Shown: one piece after another, positions 39,454 through 48,625 of the stretch
How positions within the stretch are numbered: the stretch's first letter is position 1
Layout of the letters: every line of letters starts with the position of its first letter
Assembly: GCA_964613715.1 (NCBI GenBank)
Contig: CAZTJK010000002.1
Location: 40,355-104,354, forward strand
Source of the DNA: an uncultured Candidatus Saccharibacteria bacterium
GTDB taxonomy: Bacteria; Patescibacteriota; Minisyncoccia; Phycocordibacterales; GWA1-40-21
DNA length: 64,000 nucleotides
Reading direction: 5' to 3'
Program-made: the position numbers and the translations under genes
Notes under the pieces: generated by a model
Database searches by the model: none
The model's input: only the letters and a program-made list of their open reading frames with translations
Told to the model about the DNA's origin: nothing

Positions 39454-39888
39454 ATGCTTATCGGCGAATATATCCACACGCTCGACGAAAAGAAACGGGT
39501 ATCGCTGCCGGTCAAATTCCGCAAGGAAATCGGCAAGCGGATTGTCGTGACTACCGGTCTCGACAATTGCCTGTGGCTTTTTACGCTCGCGCAATGGAAG
39601 AAAATCTCCGATAAGCTTTCGAATTTCTCGATGCTTGCGGCCGATAACCGCAGTTTCAACCGATATATGTTCGGTTCAGCCACGGAAGTGGAAGTCGATA
39701 CGATTGGCCGCATCCTGGTGCCGGAATTCCTCGTCAAACGAGCCGGCCTCAAGAGTAAGGTCGCGGTTGTCGGCGTTCAGGATCGGGTGGAAATCTGGAA
39801 CGAAGAGGATTGGAATGGGTATAAGGCAGGCGTCGAGAAGCGGGCAGACCAGCTCGCTGAAAAGCTCGGGGCAGCAGGCGCCCTGTAA
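39454..39888 (+). CDS. mraZ: Transcriptional regulator MraZ
   Basis: GEYIHTLDEKKRVSLPVKFR, D.IGRILVP and VGV.DRVEIW. Confidence 0.96.
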   Translation: MLIGEYIHTLDEKKRVSLPVKFRKEIGKRIVVTTGLDNCLWLFTLAQWKKISDKLSNFSMLAADNRSFNRYMFGSATEVEVDTIGRILVPEFLVKRAGLKSKVAVVGVQDRVEIWNEEDWNGYKAGVEKRADQLAEKLGAAGAL

Positions 39889-39892
39889 GGCT

Positions 39893-40786
39893 ATGAAGCA
39901 TACGAGCGTTCTTTTACATGAATCAATAGACAATCTGAATCTTGCACCGGGGAAAACGTATTTCGATGGTACGCTCGGTGCTGCAGGCCATGTGCAGGAA
40001 GTCGAAAAGCGTTTCGGCCCGACTGTCCGTATCATTGCCGTGGATCGGGATGCGGGAGCATTACGTCATGCAGAAGAGATATTCCGTGCAAAGGCAGGGA
40101 AGCATGATTTCATCCTTTCGGATTATCGTGCGATTGACAGAGTCCTTGCCCAGCTTGGCGTCGAGCATGTTGATGCCATCCTGATAGACCTCGGTTTGTC
40201 GTCTGATCAGCTTGAAAGCTCCGGCCGCGGATTCTCGTTCAAGCACCATGAGCCGCTCAAGATGACCTTTGCGGAAGATACGCAATCGCGGGTTACTGCT
40301 GAGACGATCGTCAACTTGTGGCGGGAAGAGACGATCGCGGACATCCTGTATGGGTATGCCGATGAACGTTATGCGCGCCGCATTGCTAAAGCGATCGTGT
40401 CTGCTCGAACTGAAAAGCCGATTCAGACAACGGATGATCTCGTTGCCATCGTCGAAGGCGCAGTGCCACTTGCGTATCGGAAAGGAAAAATCCATCCGGC
40501 GACAAAAACTTTCCAGGCGCTGCGCATCGCGGTAAATGATGAGATCGGCGCGCTGAAAGAAGGATTGGAAAAGGGATGGCAGGCGCTCGTGCCCGGTGGC
40601 CGCATGGGCATTATCTCTTTCCATAGTGTTGAAGACCGGGAAGTCAAGAATTTTTTTAAGGATAAATCAAAAGCGACAGAAGGCCGTTTGATACAGAAAA
40701 AGCCACTCGTGCCGACACAGATCGAGGTAACAGCAAATCCCCGCGCACGAAGCGCAAAATTGCGAGTGATAGAAAAAATACGATGA
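39893..40786 (+). CDS. rsmH: 16S rRNA m4C1402 methyltransferase
   Basis: H.SVLL.E, DGTLGAAGH, DLGLSS.QL, RGFSF, HPATKTFQALRIAVN and NPRARSAKLR. Confidence 0.96.
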   Translation: MKHTSVLLHESIDNLNLAPGKTYFDGTLGAAGHVQEVEKRFGPTVRIIAVDRDAGALRHAEEIFRAKAGKHDFILSDYRAIDRVLAQLGVEHVDAILIDLGLSSDQLESSGRGFSFKHHEPLKMTFAEDTQSRVTAETIVNLWREETIADILYGYADERYARRIAKAIVSARTEKPIQTTDDLVAIVEGAVPLAYRKGKIHPATKTFQALRIAVNDEIGALKEGLEKGWQALVPGGRMGIISFHSVEDREVKNFFKDKSKATEGRLIQKKPLVPTQIEVTANPRARSAKLRVIEKIR

Positions 40787-41112
40787 CACACTACATGAAA
40801 AACAGCATAGAATCATTCGAGCTCAGAGAGCAAAAGCTTTTCTGGGTTCTTTCCGGCATGCTGCTGTTCCTCATCATCGCCTATGGCGTGCTCGTCAATA
40901 AGACGATCGCAAACGCAGTATCGCTGCAGAATATGCAGAAGCGCATGACGGCGCTCAATGCCGCCGTGAATTCGCTCGAGTTCACCTATTTGAATATGGA
41001 AAATGGCATCACGCTCGACACTGCGCATGCCAAAGGCTTCGAAAATGTTACAGAAGACAACTTTGCACTGATCGATTCCGGCCGCTCCTCACTCTCGCTC
41101 AATGCACGCTAG
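40783..41112 (+). CDS. FtsL-like cell division protein
   Basis: Single TM plus coiled coil, between rsmH and ftsI. Confidence 0.65.
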   Translation: MTHYMKNSIESFELREQKLFWVLSGMLLFLIIAYGVLVNKTIANAVSLQNMQKRMTALNAAVNSLEFTYLNMENGITLDTAHAKGFENVTEDNFALIDSGRSSLSLNAR

Positions 41113-42844
41113 CGTCTTTCAGGGCAGGGTGCGGCTTCTCTTCGGACTGCTTGTCCTGGTCGCGCTTGTCATGATCATCCGCCTCTATTTCCTGCAGGTC
41201 GTCTACACGAATGTCTATGCCGAGCGAGCGGATCGCCAGTATACCAGCATGTCGGTTGACGCTTTCGATCGCGGAAGCATTTTTTTCGAGGATAGGGACG
41301 GGTCACTCGTATCGGCTGCCGGCATCAAGACCGGCTATGTAATAGCGCTCAATATGCGTTCGGTGGCTACCGATACTGAGCGCTATTTTAGCGAGCTTTC
41401 AAGCATTCTGCCTATTTCCGCGGCAGATTTCTATGCCATTGCAGCAAAGAAGGATGATCCATACGAAGTCATCGCCAAGCATGTCGATGATGCGGCCGTG
41501 GCAAAAGTAAGCGCCTTGTCGCTTCCCGGCGTCATCATTGAAAAAGAGAAGTGGCGCTATTATCCGGGCGACTCGCTCGCTGCTCGCATCATCGGCTTTG
41601 TCGGCTTCGATGATAGCGGCACAAGCTTGACTGGCAGATACGGATTGGAAAAATATTATAATACCGTGCTATCGCGCGATTCGAGCGCCCTGTCAGTAAA
41701 TATCTTTGCCCAGCTTTTTTCGGATATTCAGACGAATTTTATCGATGACAGCAAGAAGGAGGGGGATATCGTGACCTTGATCGATCCCCAAGTCGAAAGC
41801 TATGTCGAGCAAGTGGTCAAGCAGGCCAATGCTAAATGGAGCTCGAAACTGACCGGTGCGATCGTCATCGATCCGAAGACCGGAGCGCTTTATGCAATGG
41901 GCGTGATGCCGGCATTCAACCTCAATGATTTCAGCGGTGAGAAAGATGTCAGCATTTTCGGCGACCCGCTCGTCTCGAATGCATATGAAATGGGATCAAT
42001 CGTAAAGCCGCTGACCATGGCTGCGGGTCTGGATGCCGGCGTCGTACGTGCCGACACGACCTACCATGATACCGGGTTTGAGACGCTTGATGGCAAGACG
42101 ATACACAACTATGACAATAAGGCGCGCGGCACGGTCGACATGCAAACGGTACTGAACCAATCGCTCAATATCGGCGCAGCATTCGTGGCTGACCGGCTGG
42201 GCAAAAGCACAATGCTCCAGTATTTTAAAGGGTACGGCATCGGATCGGAGACGGGCATTGATCTGCCCGATGAGGCTGCGGGGAATATTTCCAATCTCCT
42301 GACGAATGAGACGAATGACAAGAAAATCGAATATGCGACCGCCTCGTTTGGCCAGGGCATTTCCATGACACCGATCATCACTGCGCGAGCGCTCTCGGTG
42401 CTTGCCAATGGCGGTAAACGCATCATTCCGCATGTCGCATCGGAAATAGACTACAAGACGGGCCTGACGAAGAAAGTCGACTATGTGGACGAGGCAGTGC
42501 AGGTGCTCCAGCCGAAGACATCGGAGGAAATCACCCGCATGCTCGTGAAGGTCGTAGACACCTCGCTTGCGAACGGGACAATGAAAATGCAGCATTACAG
42601 TATCGCGGCGAAAACCGGCACGGCGCAGATTGCCCGGCCGGCGAACCAAGGCGGTGGCTACTATCCGGACAGATACCTGCATTCATTTTTCGGCTATTTT
42701 CCGGCATATAATCCGCGCTTCCTGGTATTTCTCTATACCGTCGAGCCGCAAGGAGTCAACTATGCCTCGCAGACGCTCACCGAGCCGTTTTTCGACATAG
42801 CGAAATTCCTGATTAATTATTATGAGATAGCGCCGGACCGATAG
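41102..42844 (+). CDS. ftsI: Peptidoglycan transpeptidase FtsI (PBP3)
   Basis: RGSIF, R.YP, GLEKYY, EMGSIVK, SLNIG, SFGQG and KTGTAQ; dcw position. Confidence 0.9.
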   Translation: MHASVFQGRVRLLFGLLVLVALVMIIRLYFLQVVYTNVYAERADRQYTSMSVDAFDRGSIFFEDRDGSLVSAAGIKTGYVIALNMRSVATDTERYFSELSSILPISAADFYAIAAKKDDPYEVIAKHVDDAAVAKVSALSLPGVIIEKEKWRYYPGDSLAARIIGFVGFDDSGTSLTGRYGLEKYYNTVLSRDSSALSVNIFAQLFSDIQTNFIDDSKKEGDIVTLIDPQVESYVEQVVKQANAKWSSKLTGAIVIDPKTGALYAMGVMPAFNLNDFSGEKDVSIFGDPLVSNAYEMGSIVKPLTMAAGLDAGVVRADTTYHDTGFETLDGKTIHNYDNKARGTVDMQTVLNQSLNIGAAFVADRLGKSTMLQYFKGYGIGSETGIDLPDEAAGNISNLLTNETNDKKIEYATASFGQGISMTPIITARALSVLANGGKRIIPHVASEIDYKTGLTKKVDYVDEAVQVLQPKTSEEITRMLVKVVDTSLANGTMKMQHYSIAAKTGTAQIARPANQGGGYYPDRYLHSFFGYFPAYNPRFLVFLYTVEPQGVNYASQTLTEPFFDIAKFLINYYEIAPDR

Positions 42845-42872
42845 GGAATTTCATGCTAGAGTATCCAATCAT

Positions 42873-44165
42873 ATGAAGGCCATATTCAAGAACATCGTCG
42901 TCGCAGCGCTCATCTGGGAATCGCAGATGATCCTTGCGAAATATAAGCCGAAAATAGTCGCAGTAACGGGCAGCGTGGGAAAGACATCGACGAAAGATGC
43001 GATCTTTACCGTCATGTCTCATTTTTTTCATGTCAGGAAGAGTGAAAAGAGCTTCAATAGCGATATCGGCATCCCGCTCACAATCATCGGCTGTGCCAAT
43101 GCCTGGTCTGATCCGGTGCTCTGGCTCAAGAATATCTTGCAGGGATTATTTCTCATCGTATTTCCGCATCATTATCCCGAGTGGCTCGTTCTTGAGGTGG
43201 GTGCTGACCGGCCCGGAGACATACAGAATATAACGCGCTGGCTGAAGCCAGATGTCGCTGTCGTCACTGCATTTGCCAAAGTGCCCGTCCATGTGGAGTT
43301 TTTTGCCGGCCGCGAAGCAGTCATTCGTGAAAAGCAGTACCTGGTAGAGGCGCTGAAGCATGACGGAATTCTCGTCGCCAATGGCGATGATGATGATGTG
43401 ATGCGCATGAAAGATGCCTCGAAAAACAAAGCAATTGTCTATGGCACCGATGCCGTAGCGGATCTTGTCGGTTCTGATAGCCAGATCCATTATGGACCAA
43501 ACAAAGAGATCGATGGCATGACCTTCAAGGTGCAATCAGAAAACAATATCGTGCCGATCGTCATCCGCGGCTCTCTCGGCATGCAGAATATGTATTCCGC
43601 GCTCGCTGCGCTTGCCGTAGGCCTCTCGCAGAAAGTGAATCTCGTCAAAGCGGCTGAAGCGTTTCTCGATCACGAAACGCCGCGCGGCCGCATGCGCATC
43701 ATTCCTGGCATCAAGGGCTCGACGGTCATCGATGATACCTATAATTCATCGCCGATCGCCGTTGCTTCAGCGCTTGCTACTCTGAAAAATATCAACACAA
43801 AAGGGACAAAGATCGCAGTGCTCGGCGACATGCTCGAGCTCGGCAAGCATTCCGTGGATGAGCATTATCGAGCAGGGAAGCAGGCCGCGGAAACAGCGGA
43901 TATTCTGATAGCAATCGGCATACGCGCGCGTAAAATTGCAGAAGGCGCGCTTGATGCCGGCATGCCCGACGGCAATATTTTTGAATATGACACTGCAGCA
44001 GAAGTGAAGACTGAGCTTGCCAACATGGTCAAAAAGCATGACATCATTCTCGTGAAAGGATCGCAGTCTATGCGCATGGAGCGCATTGTGGAAGCGCTCA
44101 TGGCCGCGCCAGAACAAGCGAAGGATCTTCTCGTGCGCCAGGATGAAGAGTGGAAAAAGAAATGA
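42873..44165 (+). CDS. murF: UDP-MurNAc-tripeptide--D-Ala-D-Ala ligase
   Basis: VTGSVGKTSTK, N..IGIPLT, IDDTYNSSP, LGDMLELG and LVKGS. Confidence 0.93.
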   Translation: MKAIFKNIVVAALIWESQMILAKYKPKIVAVTGSVGKTSTKDAIFTVMSHFFHVRKSEKSFNSDIGIPLTIIGCANAWSDPVLWLKNILQGLFLIVFPHHYPEWLVLEVGADRPGDIQNITRWLKPDVAVVTAFAKVPVHVEFFAGREAVIREKQYLVEALKHDGILVANGDDDDVMRMKDASKNKAIVYGTDAVADLVGSDSQIHYGPNKEIDGMTFKVQSENNIVPIVIRGSLGMQNMYSALAALAVGLSQKVNLVKAAEAFLDHETPRGRMRIIPGIKGSTVIDDTYNSSPIAVASALATLKNINTKGTKIAVLGDMLELGKHSVDEHYRAGKQAAETADILIAIGIRARKIAEGALDAGMPDGNIFEYDTAAEVKTELANMVKKHDIILVKGSQSMRMERIVEALMAAPEQAKDLLVRQDEEWKKK

Positions 44166-44366
44166 TCAATTTTTTTGCTCAAGCGGACCTTCTTTTTTAT
44201 TTGACAATATAAGTAAATACTATATAAACCATAGCAGCTATCTGCTCTTTTAAAATCTACTTGCCTACGGTCATAGCCAAGAGTTCTTCTACATTCTTTT
44301 GTATGGAGAATTGCTGGCTATGACCGTTACCGGTCCTAGACTACTATTTGAAAAAGGAGCCTTACA

Positions 44367-44951
44367 ATGAAGCAAGGAAAGCCTGGCTTATGGATAGGCA
44401 GTATCGCATGCCTGCTGTTCGTATTCCTGTCTGGATGCGGACAGACAAAGATGGCAAGCATCCATAGGAAAATTTCAACTATGGAGGTTTGTCCAAGCAC
44501 CAACCAGCATTATGCCATCAACTTGCACAATGCTGGGATAGCATCTGGCACTGATCTCGTGGTAAGTGCGCCGAGCAATAGCGATCTCGGATTCCAATGG
44601 ATCTTCGACCAAGACTTGCCGATAAATCTTGGCCAAACGGTCAATACTGCGATTTACAGTGCAAAGGGGCAAATGGAGGGACCTTCGATGAATAATCCTT
44701 CCGTCCTTTTCATGAATTCAGGGAATCCGGGGACCTTTACCAAGGCTATCGTTACCCGGAACAGCCTTGATCAGGCAGGCAATTATCTGTGGGCTGTAAA
44801 GCTCGAAGCTAATTCCGGTGGTACAAATGTGTACTCCATTTCGTACAGTTCAGGAAATGGCTTCATCTATTTTCCGGAACATATCAGGAATTGCGAACCG
44901 TATTCGGAGGTGCACATCACCGGGGTTCTTAGTCGCTTCTTTATCCAGTAG
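44367..44951 (+). CDS. Orphan putative lipoprotein
   Basis: Lipobox LSGC after a hydrophobic stretch, AAGGAG SD, TTGACA promoter at 44201 and terminator at 44986-45014. Confidence 0.72.
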   Translation: MKQGKPGLWIGSIACLLFVFLSGCGQTKMASIHRKISTMEVCPSTNQHYAINLHNAGIASGTDLVVSAPSNSDLGFQWIFDQDLPINLGQTVNTAIYSAKGQMEGPSMNNPSVLFMNSGNPGTFTKAIVTRNSLDQAGNYLWAVKLEANSGGTNVYSISYSSGNGFIYFPEHIRNCEPYSEVHITGVLSRFFIQ

Positions 44952-44985
44952 TGTTAACAGCTTACGCAAATGTGCTCAACATTGC

Positions 44986-45014
44986 ACCTCGTAGAAATAC
45001 GAGGTTTTTCTTTT
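44986..45014 (+). terminator. Intrinsic terminator abutting the left end of the mini-element array
   Basis: ACCTCGTA-GAAA-TACGAGGT followed by TTTTCTTTT. Confidence 0.75.
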
Positions 45015-45186
45015 GTGACCTCTGTTATCCAGAATTGGAACACGATTTTTGAACATGTCAAAAACTTCTGGTCATTCCGACCCGATGAACAGGTAACCGA
45101 TACGGCATTCCTCGCCGCATGAATGAATTGTATGCAATACCGATTCATCCAAAAGAGGAAGAAAAATATCCATTTGGATAGGAAGA

Positions 45187-45429
45187 TCAGAACTGTCCTG
45201 TCCGCTTACTCCTGCTTTTCTTTCCGATTGATTTCATATGGTCCGGCAATGGCTCGGGGCTGGTATGGTCATACGCAATGCTCGGATTCTCAACCCCTTT
45301 ACTCTCCAGGAAGCACTGAAGGGCCAGCTGTGCTTGCTGGTAGAGGAGGTCACGGATCTCCCAGAGCTCGTCATCCGAGACATCCTTCAGTGCAGGATCG
45401 ACTTTTCTCAATTCTTCAAAGCTCAACAT
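45187..45429 (-). CDS. Small conserved element protein, unit 1
   Basis: MLSFEELRKVDPALKDVSDDELWEIRDLLYQQAQLALQCFLESK aligns with unit 2 MMTLKQLRELEPSLKDLPDHEVFRIRQLLYDHAMLALSCFLETK. Confidence 0.75.
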   Translation of the reverse strand: MLSFEELRKVDPALKDVSDDELWEIRDLLYQQAQLALQCFLESKGVENPSIAYDHTSPEPLPDHMKSIGKKSRSKRTGQF

Positions 45430-45556
45430 GGTGTGTATTGGTTAGGTGGATAAAAGCACTCGTGTACGGTAGCACCTACAGGACGATTCAGGACCTATCC
45501 AAAAGGATGCTTTTCTCTAGCTTCTTCGTGCTACGTTCATTTTGTATCATCGCACT

Positions 45557-45760
45557 ATGACTCTCAAAAACCATATTGGGCTCAATATCCGTCTCTATCG
45601 CCGGCTCAAAGGGCTGACGCAGGAGGAATTAGCCATCCAGGCAGGGATGCATGTGAATACAATCATTCAGCTTGAGGATCTAAGAAGGAAAGCGAATCCG
45701 AGGGTGGAGACGTTGGAGAGACTGGGGAGAGTGTTAAGGGTAAAGGTATGTTATATTTAA
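45557..45760 (+). CDS. XRE-family HTH regulator, unit 1
   Basis: IGLNIRLYRRLKGLTQEELA..AGMH.NTI.QLE...NPRVETLERLG. Confidence 0.88.
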   Translation: MTLKNHIGLNIRLYRRLKGLTQEELAIQAGMHVNTIIQLEDLRRKANPRVETLERLGRVLRVKVCYI

Positions 45761-45781
45761 GTTTTAAACTACAGTTATCAT

Positions 45782-46984
45782 ATGCTCGAAAAGTTGAAGA
45801 ATATTTCAAAGATCATATTCTTGGTTGCCACAGTCTTTTATATCTTCGGTTTTATAACCATTAGTTCTTTTTGGGGACGTTTTGGAATTATTACATTTGA
45901 TATCGTAAATGCCCGTTTTTTGATTGCGGGTTTTTTCTGCGTAGTTTCAATTATTGTTTGTCTTTTGTTAGCCTGGGTTGTTTATAAAAGAGCGCCATTT
46001 AAGGATTTTTTTAATACTGAAAAATGGCGTGACAGATTTTTAGGATTTTTTGGTATTTGGGGTCTTCTTTACAGTGCGGGAGCAGTACTAACTAGTCTTT
46101 TAAATCTTGGTAGCTATCAACCACCTGCAGTAGAGACTTCATTAAAATTTAGTAATGTGACCGGATTTGACTATATTGGTATTTTTATAAAAAACCACAT
46201 CAATCTTGGTAATGGTGGATATGACTACGTCATTAAGGTAACACTAGAAATGTTCAGTTATATTTTTTTAGTTTTTTTATTAATAACTGCCTGTGTAATT
46301 ATTCATGGTTGGTTTCCTAAGAAGGACAAAAAATCTCTGGTCAGTGTCGATCAAGCTAGTCCTGAAATAGTAACGGAAAAAGCTCAAGATATTTTGGTAA
46401 CAGATAAAAAACCGCTTAATAAATACCTCCTCTTGCTAATGGTTAATGTAGAAATACTTGCAATCTGCGGTTTTATTAGCCTCTATATATTTTGTATATC
46501 AAAAGTAGGTACTGCATTTATTGATTTTTCTACTATCCAAAATGAGCCAAAACTTACAGCAACACTCTATTTTTCCTGGTTGTATGTTCTAGTAATGACT
46601 ACTTATGTTTTTTTAAATATTTCTTTTAAAAATGATTCTTTTTCCAATTTCAATCTTTTTAAAAAGATTGAAAATATTACTAATTATGATGATTTAATCC
46701 GACAAATTATTATCCCCATATTCAGCGCTGCAGTTGTGTTTGGTTGGACAATTTATCCACGTATACCTTTTGCTTTCGGCGGAGGACAACCAAGGTTAAT
46801 TCAACTCCAGTTGACTACTCCTTTGAATGTTTCTTCAACTTCAAAAGTTTACCTTTTAGGGGAATCAAGCCAATTTGTTTTTGTCGCAATTGTTAATAAA
46901 ATCAATTCGGAAGCACTAGAAATAAATAAAAATCAAATTGAATATATACAAACAAAAACCTTATCTGTGACCAGCGCTAAATAA
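45782..46984 (+). CDS. AT-rich polytopic membrane protein (cargo of unit 1)
   Basis: 400 aa with many TM segments and C-terminal YPRIPFAFGGGQP; much lower GC than core genes. Confidence 0.8.
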   Translation: MLEKLKNISKIIFLVATVFYIFGFITISSFWGRFGIITFDIVNARFLIAGFFCVVSIIVCLLLAWVVYKRAPFKDFFNTEKWRDRFLGFFGIWGLLYSAGAVLTSLLNLGSYQPPAVETSLKFSNVTGFDYIGIFIKNHINLGNGGYDYVIKVTLEMFSYIFLVFLLITACVIIHGWFPKKDKKSLVSVDQASPEIVTEKAQDILVTDKKPLNKYLLLLMVNVEILAICGFISLYIFCISKVGTAFIDFSTIQNEPKLTATLYFSWLYVLVMTTYVFLNISFKNDSFSNFNLFKKIENITNYDDLIRQIIIPIFSAAVVFGWTIYPRIPFAFGGGQPRLIQLQLTTPLNVSSTSKVYLLGESSQFVFVAIVNKINSEALEINKNQIEYIQTKTLSVTSAK

Positions 46985-47216
46985 AAGTTAGGCCAGATCC
47001 ATTTCTTTTCTTGTTTCCAAATCCCGTTAGGGTAGCCACTAAACATATTTTGGGAACCAAAAAATAACGCCTTATTTCTTCAAAAATCTATATTTAAATG
47101 TGGTGACCTCCGTTATCCGGGATTGGAACACCATTATTCTGTACCTCAAGAATTTCAAGGAGGTAATGGGGCAAGAAGTGGTCGACGGAATGGATAGTAA
47201 TATTTTATTACCTGCA

Positions 47217-47546
47217 TTATGACGTAGCTTCTTCCTGTTTCCGTTTCTTTTCCTTCAAGGTCTTTTCATCAAGCAGATATTCTTCAATAGCTCCTGACAG
47301 CTTGTTCGCAAACCGATTCTGCATATACATCTCTTCATTCCCGGTATGTGAATCTCTATCTGGCCATTCGGTCAGATACGGCAGGGTAGTAGGTAGCTCA
47401 ATGGATTTACCCGTTTTCGTCTCCAAGAAGCAGGATAGGGCAAGCATGGCATGGTCATAGAGAAGCTGTCGAATACGAAAGACTTCATGATCAGGAAGGT
47501 CTTTCAAACTAGGTTCAAGTTCGCGTAATTGTTTCAAGGTCATCAT
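47217..47546 (-). CDS. Small conserved element protein, unit 2
   Basis: N-terminal about 45 aa homologous to 45187..45429; start set to ATG 47546 by alignment. Confidence 0.75.
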   Translation of the reverse strand: MMTLKQLRELEPSLKDLPDHEVFRIRQLLYDHAMLALSCFLETKTGKSIELPTTLPYLTEWPDRDSHTGNEEMYMQNRFANKLSGAIEEYLLDEKTLKEKKRKQEEATS

Positions 47547-47656
47547 AGGTGTGGATAATTTAATAGCTTGTAATAGGGGAACTCTGCGGATATTTTCCGA
47601 GAACGGCACATTAGACCGTCTTACCTACAGAGCAGGGGGAACGTATAGTAAAAAAC

Positions 47657-47896
47657 ATGTATACAAATAATATTGGATTTAATCTCCGTATTCATCGGAG
47701 AGCAAAGGGACTCACCCAGGATCAGCTAGCCCAACAGTCAGGAGTGCACTACAACACTATCGTGCAGCTGGAGAATCTTACCCGGAAGGCGAATCCGAGG
47801 GTGGAGACGTTGGAGAGGTTGGGGAAGGTTCTTGGAGTAGAAATTGAAAAATTATTACAACAAAAGGTACAAGGGTTAGAAATTTTACAAAATTAA
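47657..47896 (+). CDS. XRE-family HTH regulator, unit 2
   Basis: IGFNLRIHRRAKGLTQDQLA..SGVH.NTI.QLE...NPRVETLERLG, paralogous to the unit 1 XRE. Confidence 0.9.
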   Translation: MYTNNIGFNLRIHRRAKGLTQDQLAQQSGVHYNTIVQLENLTRKANPRVETLERLGKVLGVEIEKLLQQKVQGLEILQN

Positions 47897-47923
47897 TATT
47901 TCGATTTAGAATTAGTTAAATTT

Positions 47924-48625
47924 ATGGGTACAGAATCAAAAGTTACTTTTTGGAATCCAGAGCAGGTTGAATTTGTTTTTCAAAGCTATTTACTTTTAGA
48001 GCGTAAGTTATTAGAAATTCTTAAAGTTTTACCTTTGACACCCGAGAATGAAAATTCTTGGTCTCCCGAGTTGGTAAACATATTTTTGGATACAAGCAGT
48101 TTATTTGAGTCTGTTTGTAAATACGGTGCCTTATATGAGAGTTCTGAACCAAAAATTACAGAAATGAAGGAAAAATTTTTAGAAAAAGATGAGATTAATC
48201 AAGCTCGGGCGATTGTCTACGTATATCCGATACGCATTCTTAATCCATATGATCATTTTTCTTCCGCTGATGGATGGTGGAGGGTCTATCAAGGTTTTAA
48301 ACACAATCGAATAGAAAATTACAAACAAGCAAATCTTATTAATACGCTAAATGTATTGGCCGCACTCTTTCTTATTTTAGCAAAATACAAACAAGAAGAA
48401 TTCTCTAAAGCTCTACTCAGATTCCGGATTACTGACACTGGTTTTGCACCGGAGTTTTTCCATAGAGAGAGGAGTGGCGATCCCCATAAATTTTGGTATG
48501 ACAGCGAACTTTTTGGTACCCCAGAACAAACTAATTCACTTTCTTCTAATGATCCAGCAGATATTAAGACTTATGGAAGCAAGAAATTTCATGCCTTTAT
48601 GGGTCGTTTTAACTTAGCTGCCTAA
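47924..48625 (+). CDS. AT-rich hypothetical protein, possibly HEPN-like (cargo of unit 2)
   Basis: 233-aa helical protein with WWRVYQGFKHNR..YKQANL.N.L..LAAL. The family assignment is from recall only. Confidence 0.75.
   Translation: MGTESKVTFWNPEQVEFVFQSYLLLERKLLEILKVLPLTPENENSWSPELVNIFLDTSSLFESVCKYGALYESSEPKITEMKEKFLEKDEINQARAIVYVYPIRILNPYDHFSSADGWWRVYQGFKHNRIENYKQANLINTLNVLAALFLILAKYKQEEFSKALLRFRITDTGFAPEFFHRERSGDPHKFWYDSELFGTPEQTNSLSSNDPADIKTYGSKKFHAFMGRFNLAA

Larger units (their letters stand above)
45015..47102. mobile_element. Mini-element unit 1 without integrase (2088 bp), distal to tRNA-Glu
   Basis: Bounded by GTGACCT at 45015 and 47103, the reverse complement of the tRNA-Glu 3' end. 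Arms and two genes are homologous to unit 2. Confidence 0.75.

Noticed and set aside
39635-39892. N-terminal extension of rsmH
   Set aside because: It overlaps mraZ in another frame, and RsmH similarity begins at ATG 39893.
45123-45560. 145-aa plus-strand ORF in unit 1
   Set aside because: It is antisense to the small ORF conserved in both units and has no counterpart in unit 2.
46985-47035. Integron attC sites around the cargo genes (GTTAGGC at 46987, GTTAAAT near 47915)
   Set aside because: No matching RYYYAAC inverse core or attC-like palindrome, the equivalent unit 2 site does not fit GTTRRRY, and no intI is present.
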